NCBI GenBank assembly: GCA_963835065.1
Contig: CAWIEK010000009.1
Span: 1 to 64,000 of the forward strand
DNA length: 64,000 nucleotides
Reading direction: 5' to 3'
Source: an uncultured Chthonomonadaceae bacterium
GTDB lineage: Bacteria; Armatimonadota; Chthonomonadetes; Chthonomonadales; Chthonomonadaceae
This document shows positions 1-8,574 of this stretch, one piece after another (position 1 is the stretch's first letter; every line of letters begins with the position of its first letter). Below the pieces are notes generated by a model. The model was not told the origin of the DNA, made no database searches, and saw only the letters and a program-made list of their open reading frames with translations. A program made the translations under genes and the position numbers.

Positions 1-386
1 CCCCGAAGTAAGCGGATAGATAGATACTCTCAACTCGCAACTCTCACTTCCCTTTGTGGTACACTAGGGGAGAAGTTGAACAACACTCAAACCACACAGA
101 GCGCAGGAAAACGGTTCTTTTAGAGCCGCTTATTCTCTATACCGCTTTGCGTGACGGGAAGGAAACGCGCGACGACAACGCTCCTTAGAAGTTTACGAAG
201 TCTGAATTTGTCGTCGCGCCCCGGATGGCCTTGCGCTGTCCGGCGGCGTTTTGCTTTGTCACCGTTTCCGCGCAGGCTTGTCCATTCCCTTACGGGCGGC
301 AAGCCGAGTACGTATGCGCCGGAGACCGGCCCTTCCCACTTTCAGAATGGAGTTTCTCGTGGCTATGCAAGGAGACAGGAACCATC

Positions 387-1505
387 GTGACGCAATTGCC
401 CGCTTCCAATCGTGACGCCGATTCGCTCGGCCTGGATGATTTCGACGCAAACAGCGCGTGTCCCGACCAGGAAACCCCTGCGCGGGAAAGCGTCTTTCAA
501 GAGTACATGGCGCAGGAAGACACGGCCCACGAAGGCATCGTCCTGCGCGCGTACAATGGCGCGTATATCGTGCAGCCCGCCGGCGACAAGGACAGCCGCC
601 CCACGCAAATTCGCTGCGAACTGCGCGGCAACCTCAAAAAAGATTTTACGTTTTCCACCAGTGGCAGCCAGCCCCGCCGCGTGACCCGCGCCAAGCGCTC
701 CTTTTCCTACGATGTCGTAGCGGTAGGTGACCATGTCCGGTTCACGCCCATTGACGCGGAAAACGGCGTGATTGAGGAAGTCTTGCCACGCCGCACCCGC
801 TTTGCCCGCTCGTCCTTTCGGGGCCGCGAACAAACCCTTGTCACCAATCTGGATCAGCTTGCGATTGTGTTTGCCTGCGCCAACCCCAACCCCGATTTGT
901 GGCGTATTGACCGCTGGATCGTGGCCGCCGAATCCAACGATCTGGAACCGCTCATTGTCGCCAACAAGCGCGATATGGTGGACGAGCAGACGTTTCAGGA
1001 CTATTTTGCTGATTTGAAGCGCATCGGCTACCGCGTTATCGCCACGAGCGTAAAACAAAACATCGGCATTGAAGAATTGCGGCTGGCTTTGCGGGGGCGC
1101 ATTTCCGCGTTTACCGGGCCGTCCGGCGTGGGGAAATCCAGCCTGCTCAACGCCATGCAGCCGGGTTTGAAACTGGCAACGGGCGATGTGGGAACCGTCA
1201 CGTATAAAGGCAAGCATACCACAACTGTGCGCGAACTGATTCCACTGGAATCCGGCGGCTGGGTCGCGGACACGCCCGGCCTGCGGCAGCTGGAACTGCT
1301 CAACATGAGCCGCGAGGAACTGGCGAACAGTTTCATCGAGTTCCGGCCTTTTCTGGAAACGCCCTGCCGCTTCCACAATTGCCGCCACGACGCCGAACCC
1401 GGCTGCAGCCTGAAAAAAGCGGTGGAAGCCGGGCAAATCGCGCCCCGACGCTACGACAGTTTCAAACTGCTGGCCCGCGAGTTGAAAGAAGAGAAAGATT
1501 ATTAA
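387..1505 (+). CDS. rsgA: Ribosome small subunit-dependent GTPase A
   Basis: Circularly permuted GTPase motifs NKRD, GPSGVGKSS, GKHTT, DTPG; C-terminal zinc finger CRFHNCRHDAEPGC. GTG start at 387 chosen from upstream AGGAG (ORF track starts at 225). Confidence 0.95.
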   Translation: MTQLPASNRDADSLGLDDFDANSACPDQETPARESVFQEYMAQEDTAHEGIVLRAYNGAYIVQPAGDKDSRPTQIRCELRGNLKKDFTFSTSGSQPRRVTRAKRSFSYDVVAVGDHVRFTPIDAENGVIEEVLPRRTRFARSSFRGREQTLVTNLDQLAIVFACANPNPDLWRIDRWIVAAESNDLEPLIVANKRDMVDEQTFQDYFADLKRIGYRVIATSVKQNIGIEELRLALRGRISAFTGPSGVGKSSLLNAMQPGLKLATGDVGTVTYKGKHTTTVRELIPLESGGWVADTPGLRQLELLNMSREELANSFIEFRPFLETPCRFHNCRHDAEPGCSLKKAVEAGQIAPRRYDSFKLLARELKEEKDY

Positions 1506-1735
1506 CCACGGAGGAACACGGGGAACACGGGGAAAAGAGGAAATCAGGAGAAGAACAAAGAGACACACTTACCACGGATAACGCGGAACAACGCGGAGAG
1601 GTTAAGGCAGCAATCCGTTTATGGCTCAATCCTATTTTCTCGTGTTCATTTGTTTTTTTTATCCGTTTTATCTGTGTTTGTATGTTCGGGTTCCTATTTC
1701 TTCCTCTCCGTGTCCTCCGTGTTCCCCGTGGTTTA
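1503..1735. repeat. Short-tandem-repeat inverted-repeat cassette (9-mer CACGGGGAA type)
   Basis: Purine-rich arm AACCACGGAGGAACACGGGGAACACGGGGA is near reverse-complementary to CTCCGTGTCCTCCGTGTTCCCCGTGGTT at the other end of the intergenic gap. Confidence 0.85.
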
Positions 1736-1759
1736 GTATTTGCATTTTGGAGGTGAGGG

Positions 1760-2824
1760 ATGGAAGGACAGGGAGACGTGCTGCGGGTGCAGTTGGATGG
1801 CTCGGCAGTGGTTGTGCGCGCGTCAGAGCCGGAGGATAGGTCGCGCGCCAACATTGTGCGCTGGTCGGCGGGCTGGATTGACCCGCCCACGCGCCACCGC
1901 TTCTGGCCGGACGCGGACGCGGACTGGCAGGCGGGGCACTATTTTCGGGAGTTTATCGCGGAAGTGGACGGCGTATTGGCCGCCCGCGTCGGCCTGGAAG
2001 CGTACCGGCAGCCGTTTGCCGAACTCATAGACCTTTGCGTTCGGCCCGACTATCAGCGCCGGGGGTTGGGCGAGATGCTGACGCGCCGGTGTGAGGAAGA
2101 AGCGGGCAGGCGGGGATTTAACGCCCTGTTTTTGCAGACAGAAATGGACAATACAGCCGCGCACCGCCTGTATACCGGGTTAGGCTTCGTGCCCACCGCG
2201 TATGGCAAAATGCTGCGCATGGTCAAGTTCTTCGATTATCCGCTCATTGCCGCGTTTCAGCGCACCCATCCGCTTTGCCAGTACTGGTGTACGCCTATCC
2301 CCGACACGCCCCGCGCCTGGAATCTGGAATGGCACGCCTATATTACCGAGGATTATCTGCGCCTGCGTTTGGAAGGCGGCGCGTCCCAATCGGATAGCGA
2401 GGGCCTCGGCCCCGCGCTGACCGGGCTGGAATGGCGCGTGGGGCAGGGCGCGCGCAGCCTGCATGTCCAGATCACGCCGGAAGCCGTCCGCGACATCGAG
2501 CCGGGGCATCACGTCGCGCTGGAATTGAGCGTTCGCAACAACGGCAAGCGCATGGAATCGGGCGTGTGGCAAATGGTGCTGCCGCAGGGTGTTTCCGTCA
2601 GCAGTCCCGCCACCAATCAAATCCGCGCGTTTACATGGGAGGTCGCGCCGGGCGAGCAGGCCACGCAATCCGTTGTTCTGCAAGTGGAACCCGAATTTGA
2701 CGCCGCCGCGCTCTGGTACTTAAACTATAACAGCCTGCCGGTGTGCTGCGAAACCTTCTGGGAAGGCCACCGCGCCATGCTATCTGCGAGTTTACCGATG
2801 GCCGTACCCCCGCCAAATGAGTAA
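1760..2824 (+). CDS. GNAT family N-acetyltransferase with C-terminal extension
   Basis: Acetyl-CoA motif VRPDYQRRGLG and NTAAHRLYTGLGF; SD GGAGGTGA upstream. Confidence 0.85.
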   Translation: MEGQGDVLRVQLDGSAVVVRASEPEDRSRANIVRWSAGWIDPPTRHRFWPDADADWQAGHYFREFIAEVDGVLAARVGLEAYRQPFAELIDLCVRPDYQRRGLGEMLTRRCEEEAGRRGFNALFLQTEMDNTAAHRLYTGLGFVPTAYGKMLRMVKFFDYPLIAAFQRTHPLCQYWCTPIPDTPRAWNLEWHAYITEDYLRLRLEGGASQSDSEGLGPALTGLEWRVGQGARSLHVQITPEAVRDIEPGHHVALELSVRNNGKRMESGVWQMVLPQGVSVSSPATNQIRAFTWEVAPGEQATQSVVLQVEPEFDAAALWYLNYNSLPVCCETFWEGHRAMLSASLPMAVPPPNE

Positions 2825-2847
2825 GGCTTCATAATTTTATCACTTCC

Positions 2848-2930
2848 CGGAGGGCACAACTTCTCGGAGGGCACAACTTCTCGGAGGGCACAACATGTTG
2901 TGCCCCTACTCCCTACAACCTACTCCCTAC
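2848..2930. repeat. REP-like palindrome preceded by 17-nt tandem repeats
   Basis: CGGAGGGCACAACTTCT x2 plus a third partial copy running into palindrome GGGCACAACATGTTGTGCCC followed by CTAC. Confidence 0.75.
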
Positions 2931-3062
2931 TTTTCCCGCATTGCTGCGAGTGAAGCGACAGGGCGGCTTCAGGCACAATAGAAGTACGCTTGCGGCAAAC
3001 AAATGCGAATTTCACGCCGATTTTAGAGGGTGTGCTTTGGAGCGTGGAAAGGGAAAGAATGT

Positions 3063-3293
3063 ATGTCCGTTCGCATAGACGCGGCGGCGCAGGCTGTTAC
3101 GCGCGCTTTGCCCGAAAACAACCGGGTCAGGCCTACAGGCGCGTCTGCGCCCGCGCGTGAAGCCGATTTGACGCGCCAATTAGAAGAACGCCTTAGTACC
3201 GACATCGCGCGCATTAGACAGCGTGTTGACAGCCGGGATAAAACCACCTCATCAGCCGAAAACACCGGTCGTCTTGTAGATATTCGCGCCTGA
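3063..3293 (+). CDS. Small hypothetical protein with C-terminal GxxVDxxA motif (YjfB/motility-protein-like)
   Basis: 76 aa ORF ending TGRLVDIRA; purine-rich RBS; GCCGATTT sigma28-like -10 at 3016-3023. Confidence 0.6.
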   Translation: MSVRIDAAAQAVTRALPENNRVRPTGASAPAREADLTRQLEERLSTDIARIRQRVDSRDKTTSSAENTGRLVDIRA

Positions 3294-3482
3294 ATTTCCC
3301 AAAAACTGCTGCTGTATAGACAAAACTTCGCATATAGATAAAATGTTGCTTGAAAGGGCAGGAATTCGCCTGCGCATGGCGAATAGTATGTCCGGCGATA
3401 CGCGCAGGCAAGTTCCTGCCGCAGCCCGGTGTTCCCCGGAACCCGTTTCATCCACACTTGTTTAGGTGCAAAGGAGCGTTCC

Positions 3483-3710
3483 ATGTCCAATGACGAAGTG
3501 CTTGCCAATCAGCAGACGATTCTCGACAACCAGAAGACCATTCAAGACAACCAGCAGGAAATCAAAGCCAATCAACAGGAAATCAAGAACAACCAGCAGG
3601 ACATTAAAACCAATCAGGAGAAACTGGACCGGATTTTGACCAATCAGGATCAGATCGAAGCCAACCAGCAGGAAATCAAGGGCAAGCTGGACCAGATTCT
3701 GGCGAAGTAG
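3483..3710 (+). CDS. Small NQ-heptad coiled-coil protein
   Basis: SD AAGGAG; 75 aa made of IxxNQxx heptads; strong hairpin immediately downstream. Confidence 0.85.
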   Translation: MSNDEVLANQQTILDNQKTIQDNQQEIKANQQEIKNNQQDIKTNQEKLDRILTNQDQIEANQQEIKGKLDQILAK

Positions 3711-3721
3711 AACCGTTTACC

Positions 3722-3767
3722 AACGCAGGCGCGAGGACACAATAGAGTTCGTCCTCGCGCCTGCGTT
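3722..3767 (+). terminator. Stem-loop downstream of coiled-coil gene
   Basis: AACGCAGGCGCGAGGAC ... GTCCTCGCGCCTGCGTT perfect 17-bp stem; weak U tract. Confidence 0.6.
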
Positions 3768-3978
3768 ATGCTGTCTCTGCCACGCGCCTCAGCCATTTGC
3801 CGTTTCCAGCGGCTGGCCCCTGCCTTTGCGCTTCCTGTTAGACAGCCTCCTCTCACGCTGAGAGGAGGCTGTTCCCTTGACATATCCACGCCCCTGACGC
3901 TACACTATTTCCACAAACTGCTTTCACATCAGGAGGAGCGTGTACGGCTCTTGCCTGCAAAACCGGGAGAAGAATTCT

Positions 3979-4557
3979 ATGCTGAAATATCGCTGCATCT
4001 TGCAAATCTATGCCCGGCGCATACTTTCCCTTGCGCTGATACCGGCTGCCATCGGCCTGGCCGGGTGTTCCGACACGCCTCATGACCGGGTTGATACGAC
4101 GACCAAGCCGACGCAGGCGACTTCCCTGCCTGCGACAGACAAAACCACTTCCGACAAATCGGAAATGGATACGGTCACTCCCCCGCCCACCGAAGCGGAA
4201 TTAGGAATGCCGGTGTACCCGCAGGCGAAGACGTACGCGGGGATGGGAGGGAAATCCGTCAAGCCTGCTCTCGACGATGGCATGACGGTGGCGCTGCTGG
4301 AAACCACGGACAGCCTGGACAAAGTGCTGGACTTTTACAAAGCGCGTATCAAAGTCACGGATGCGCGCGGCAATTCGACACCGACTACGCCCCGCGAAGA
4401 AAAAGAGAATGACCGGCGCAAGGTGGTGCTGACCGGCAACGATGCGCAGGGCAACACGCAAGTCGCGTCCCTCCACGCCGAAAACGGCAAAACCATCATC
4501 GAACTGATGCGCCTCAATGTCAAGAGCCTGCCGGCGAGCGTATCGGGCGGCAAGTGA
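3979..4557 (+). CDS. Hypothetical lipoprotein
   Basis: Signal peptide with lipobox LAGC; ELGMPVYPQA and TTDSLDKVLDFYK segments typical of small periplasmic lipoproteins. Confidence 0.8.
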   Translation: MLKYRCILQIYARRILSLALIPAAIGLAGCSDTPHDRVDTTTKPTQATSLPATDKTTSDKSEMDTVTPPPTEAELGMPVYPQAKTYAGMGGKSVKPALDDGMTVALLETTDSLDKVLDFYKARIKVTDARGNSTPTTPREEKENDRRKVVLTGNDAQGNTQVASLHAENGKTIIELMRLNVKSLPASVSGGK

Positions 4558-4766
4558 AGAAGAGAAGAACAGGAGAAGTTAGGAACCGCGAAAGACACGA
4601 AATAAACGAAAAAAAGAACAAAAAGGAAAGAAAAAACAAGGAAAACACTTAAAACGTCCTGCAACGTGACTTCTTCGCTTTACCGCCTTGCCTCTTTGAG
4701 GTTCTTTTTGTTTTTCCTTTTTCGTTTTGGTTCGTGTCTTTCGCGGTTACTAACTTCTTCTCTTCT
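4558..4766. repeat. Long purine/pyrimidine inverted-repeat cassette (AACCGCGAAA type) between convergent genes
   Basis: AGAAGTTAGGAACCGCGAAAGACACGAA... pairs with ...TTCGTGTCTTTCGCGGTTACTAACTTCT. Confidence 0.85.
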
Positions 4767-5760
4767 ACCAATGCGTCGGCGTTTCCAGAATGTCGGTGTC
4801 GCCTTCGGATTCGAGCAGGCGTTCGGCTTGGATGGCGGCCATGCAGCCGGAGCCGGCGGCGGTGATGGCCTGGCGGTACTCGTGATCCTGCACGTCACCT
4901 GCAGCGAACACGCCGTAGATGTTGGTGCGAACGTCGTGGGTGGTGATTAAGTAGCCGCTCGCGTCCGTTTCCAGTTGGCCTTTGAACAGTTCCGTGTTAG
5001 GCTTGTGGCCGATGGCGACGAACACGCCCTGCACCGGCATTTCGGTCTGCTGCTCGGTTTTGAGATTGCGCAGGGTGATACCTGTGACTTTTTTGGCGGC
5101 GGGATCGTGGATGCGCTCAATGACCGAGTTGAGAATGAAGTTGATTTTAGGGTTTTTCAGCGCGCGCTCCTGCATGATTTTGGAAGCGCGCAGGGTATCG
5201 CGGCGGTGGATGATGTTCACTTTGCTGGCATGGTTGGTCAGGTAAATCGCTTCTTCCATGGCCGTATCGCCGCCCCCCACAACCGCGATTTCCTTGTTTT
5301 TGAAAAAGAAACCGTCGCAAGTGGCGCAGGCGGAAATGCCCGCGCCGCCCAATCCCCCTTCCCACACCGGCTTTTCTTCCGGCAGGCCGATCCATTTGGC
5401 GGACGCGCCGGTTGCGATGATAATCGTGCGGGCTTCGTACAGCGTATCGCCCACGTATACTTTGTAGGGGCGGCGCGAAAAGTCCACCCGCGTCGCCAGT
5501 TCCTCGACCACTTCCACGCCAAAGCGCAGCGCCTGCTTGCGCATGATCTGCATCAATTCCGGCCCCTGTATGCCGTGTTCAAAGCCGGGATAGTTTTCCA
5601 CTTCCGTCGTAATCATCAATTGCCCGCCCGCGCCGAGCGTTTCCTGCCCCATGCCTACGCCGCCATCAATCAGCAGGGGCTTTAAGTTGGCCCGCCCCGC
5701 ATACAAACAGGCCGTATACCCGGCAGGCCCGGAACCAATTATTATCAGCTTATGTACCAT
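4765..5760 (-). CDS. trxB: Thioredoxin-disulfide reductase
   Basis: GSGPAG FAD motif, CATCDG redox centre, GGGDTAMEEA, FAAGDV, RQAITAAGSG. Confidence 0.97.
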   Translation of the reverse strand: MVHKLIIIGSGPAGYTACLYAGRANLKPLLIDGGVGMGQETLGAGGQLMITTEVENYPGFEHGIQGPELMQIMRKQALRFGVEVVEELATRVDFSRRPYKVYVGDTLYEARTIIIATGASAKWIGLPEEKPVWEGGLGGAGISACATCDGFFFKNKEIAVVGGGDTAMEEAIYLTNHASKVNIIHRRDTLRASKIMQERALKNPKINFILNSVIERIHDPAAKKVTGITLRNLKTEQQTEMPVQGVFVAIGHKPNTELFKGQLETDASGYLITTHDVRTNIYGVFAAGDVQDHEYRQAITAAGSGCMAAIQAERLLESEGDTDILETPTHW

Positions 5761-5800
5761 AAACCCGCGTTACCTTTCGTTAGACGACATGGACGGAATT

Positions 5801-5922
5801 TGCCGGGCATTGAAAATACCCGGCACGACAAAGCAAGCGTCTTTCAGACGCAACCATCAACAATAGAATCTGCGTCTGAAAGACGCTTGCACTTTCCTGC
5901 CGGGTATTTTCAATGCCCGGCA
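5801..5922. repeat. Compound palindrome of two REP-like units (REPIN/BIME-like)
   Basis: TGCCGGGCATTGAAAATACCCGGCA and GCAAGCGTCTTTCAGACGCA each recur as exact reverse complements in mirror order. Confidence 0.85.
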
Positions 5923-6044
5923 CAGGCAATGCCCGCGTCCCACCTGCCGCTGAATAATCCTGCTCTTATAATACTCTACGTTGAAGCAAAGTTGAGAGTT
6001 TATGGTTAAGGGTTGCGGGTACAATACAGGAAAGGAGCCTTATA

Positions 6045-7022
6045 ATGACCTCACAAGAGACCGTAACGCCACAAGCAACGATCCGCGACCTGGCCGCGCA
6101 TGTAAAAGCCGCGGTGTTCCCGCATCTGGGAACGTGGCGGGCGCGTAAAGTAACCGGCATTGCCAACAGCGGCGACGCGACCTTCGATATTGACGACATT
6201 GCGGAGGGCGCGGTGGAGCAGTTCATTCGTGACCGCGATTTGAACGTGGCCTATTACTCGGAAGACCGGGGCCTGGTGCATCCGTTTCCCGACCGAACGC
6301 CGGAAGGCATTCTCATCATTGACCCGATTGACGGCACGCGGGGCGCGATTGCGGGTTTTGAAGCGTGTGTCGTTTCCGTTGCGTGGACGGATTACAAGGC
6401 GGAGCCGACGCTGGCCGATGTGCAGTACGCGGGCATTACGGAAATCAAGAGCAATCTGACGCTTTCCGCGGCGCGGGGCGGGGGCGTGGAGATCGTAGAC
6501 GGGGAAGGCAAGCCGGTTACGCCGTTTCTGTCGCCTACAACCGAAATTCCCAGCATGGCATGGTGCATGGAAGTGGTGGGAGCGCCCCTCGATTTACTGT
6601 TTCAGGCTGTGCGCGACATTGCCAACCCGACAACTGTAAAGGGCGGCTTTTTCATTCTGAACAGCAGCGCGTTCGAGTTGACGCGGCTGGTGACGGGGCA
6701 GTTGTCGGGCGTCGTGGATGTGCGTAACCGCCTGCTCAAAGATTTCCCGCAAACGCGCGAACAGTTCAAGGAATATGGCGGCGGGCGGATGCTCGGCCTG
6801 TACGGCTACGACATAGCGGCGGCGGCCTTGATCGTGAAGGAAGCGGGCGGCATATTCACGGACGCCTGGGGCCGCAACCTGTCCGACTGGAAATTGCTGG
6901 ACACCTCGGAAGCCAACTTCGGCAGCCTGATAGCCTCCTCCAATGCCACTCTCCACGCGCAACTGGTGGAAGCCGTCAACGCCGGGTTCGCCGCGCTCGA
7001 TGTAAAAGCAACAGGAAGCTGA
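6045..7022 (+). CDS. Inositol monophosphatase / FBPase family protein
   Basis: SED, IIDPIDGT and YDIAAAALIVKEAGG motifs; SD AAGGAG. Confidence 0.92.
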   Translation: MTSQETVTPQATIRDLAAHVKAAVFPHLGTWRARKVTGIANSGDATFDIDDIAEGAVEQFIRDRDLNVAYYSEDRGLVHPFPDRTPEGILIIDPIDGTRGAIAGFEACVVSVAWTDYKAEPTLADVQYAGITEIKSNLTLSAARGGGVEIVDGEGKPVTPFLSPTTEIPSMAWCMEVVGAPLDLLFQAVRDIANPTTVKGGFFILNSSAFELTRLVTGQLSGVVDVRNRLLKDFPQTREQFKEYGGGRMLGLYGYDIAAAALIVKEAGGIFTDAWGRNLSDWKLLDTSEANFGSLIASSNATLHAQLVEAVNAGFAALDVKATGS

Positions 7023-7050
7023 CAGACAGTATCTAAATTTCAAGAATAAG

Positions 7051-7312
7051 GAAAAAGACAGAAAAAAGAGCCAAACAACGCGAAAACAACGAACCCTTTG
7101 CCCCACTTGGTCTGTCTAATACAGTATAAACGTCTACTAAACAGACGTTGTATTGACAGGAAGGGAGGTGCAAGCCTATGTTCCGCCTCTCCCGTTCGCC
7201 CTGACGCTTGCGAGGTCACGATGCCTCTCTTCTACAACCAGACACAACGAGACATCGGGCTGGAAGCGCTGCATTGCCAAGATTTCGACGATGACTCTAC
7301 ATACTCTTTTCT
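7051..7312 (+). repeat. Dispersed element copy 1 (ECF-like promoter, strong SD, 8-codon micro-ORF, conserved tail)
   Basis: Homologous to 27403-27718; 12 mismatches over the ~130 nt after the ATG. Confidence 0.85.
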
Positions 7313-7539
7313 CAGTGGGTTTGCCGCTCGTTCGGGAAGGAATAGCTTTACGGACACTAAGCATAGGCAGCCTTGTCCTTCCGCATTCACCCCCGGTACA
7401 AATACTTAAATTCTCCCCTCCTGCGCGTTCGCTCCAGTGCCTGCCCCTACAGATAGGACTGGTATAGACTGATAATCCTACCGTTTCTCTGCTCACTTCA
7501 TACGGAGGATGCCACGACGCGATCTCAGTTAAGGACACT

Positions 7540-8574
7540 ATGCGCTACAGGAATATCGGTACGCTGACGGCTCTGAGTACGCTTGTTTGTTTTGGCATCA
7601 CCCTGATCGGACGTATGCTGCCGGCAGTGCCCAAACCGGTCCAGGGAGAACAAACGGAGGCACAGCCGGACGCCTTTGTTGCAGAACCCATTCAGCCCCT
7701 GACGCCGCCCACACTGGACCGCTTTAAGGTCGCTCTGGGCGAACGGCTTTTTCATGATCCCCGGCTTTCCGCCGACAATTCCATTTCGTGCGCGAGCTGC
7801 CATAGCCTCGCCACCGGGGGAACGGACCAGCGGCAGCATTCTGTGGGCATTTACCACCAGGCAGGCGACCGCAATGCTCCGACAGTCTTCAACTGCAGCC
7901 TTAATTATCGGCAGTTTTGGGACGGACGCGCGGCTTCCCTGGAAGCGCAGGTGGAAGGCCCTTTGCAGGCGAGCAAGGAAATGGGATCGAATTGGCCCCA
8001 GGCGCTGCAGAAACTGAGAGCGGATGCCAACTGCGTGTCCGCGTTTCAGGCCATTTACCCGGATGGCGTTCAGCGTGAAAATGTCCAGAACGCCATTGCG
8101 ACGTATGAGCGCTCCCTGGTGACTCCGAATTGCCGCTTTGACCGCTTCCTGCGGGGTGAGCGGACTGCCATTACGCCGCGCGAAAAGCAGGGTTATGCCC
8201 TGTTCAAATCCTATGGCTGCATCTCCTGCCATCAAGGGGCGAACGTCGGCGGCAATCTCATGCAGCCCTTTGGCGTGATGGTCCCTCCGTCTGTCGTCCG
8301 AAGCATGGCGCTGCGACAAAACCGCCGCTACTTCCAATTAGCCGACGGAGCAACAGAAGGCGACAGCAGCGAGGCGAAGTTCAAGGTGCCTTCTTTACGC
8401 AATGTCGCCGTGACCGCCCCCTATTTTCACGACGGCTCCGCCCGTACCCTCGAAGACGCGGTTAGGATGATGGGCTTTAGCCAGCTCGGACGCCACTTAT
8501 CCCCGACGGAGGTCGCTTCGCTCACAGCCTTTCTGAAGACGCTTACGGGCCAATACAACGGGAGGGAGCTATGA
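7540..8574 (+). CDS. Diheme cytochrome c peroxidase family protein
   Basis: Two CxxCH motifs (CASCH, CISCH), [28 protein letters not shown]-terminal signal/anchor. Confidence 0.93.
   Translation: MRYRNIGTLTALSTLVCFGITLIGRMLPAVPKPVQGEQTEAQPDAFVAEPIQPLTPPTLDRFKVALGERLFHDPRLSADNSISCASCHSLATGGTDQRQHSVGIYHQAGDRNAPTVFNCSLNYRQFWDGRAASLEAQVEGPLQASKEMGSNWPQALQKLRADANCVSAFQAIYPDGVQRENVQNAIATYERSLVTPNCRFDRFLRGERTAITPREKQGYALFKSYGCISCHQGANVGGNLMQPFGVMVPPSVVRSMALRQNRRYFQLADGATEGDSSEAKFKVPSLRNVAVTAPYFHDGSARTLEDAVRMMGFSQLGRHLSPTEVASLTAFLKTLTGQYNGREL

Noticed and set aside
1379..1890. Hydrophobic or Lys/Arg-rich ORFs over repeat cassettes (also 4335-4950, and the ORF-track N-terminal extensions at 41229-41387, 55407-55451, 59651-59725)
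   Set aside because: Their composition is a by-product of the purine- or pyrimidine-rich repeat arms; better starts with SD or conserved domain boundaries lie downstream.
2848..2909. 17-nt direct repeats as a mini CRISPR array
   Set aside because: Repeats are contiguous with no spacers and too short, and no cas genes are in the window.
7202..7204. Selenocysteine readthrough of the conserved TGA in the duplicated element
   Set aside because: No redox-motif context, no clear SECIS hairpin identified, and the read-through frames end differently in the two copies.
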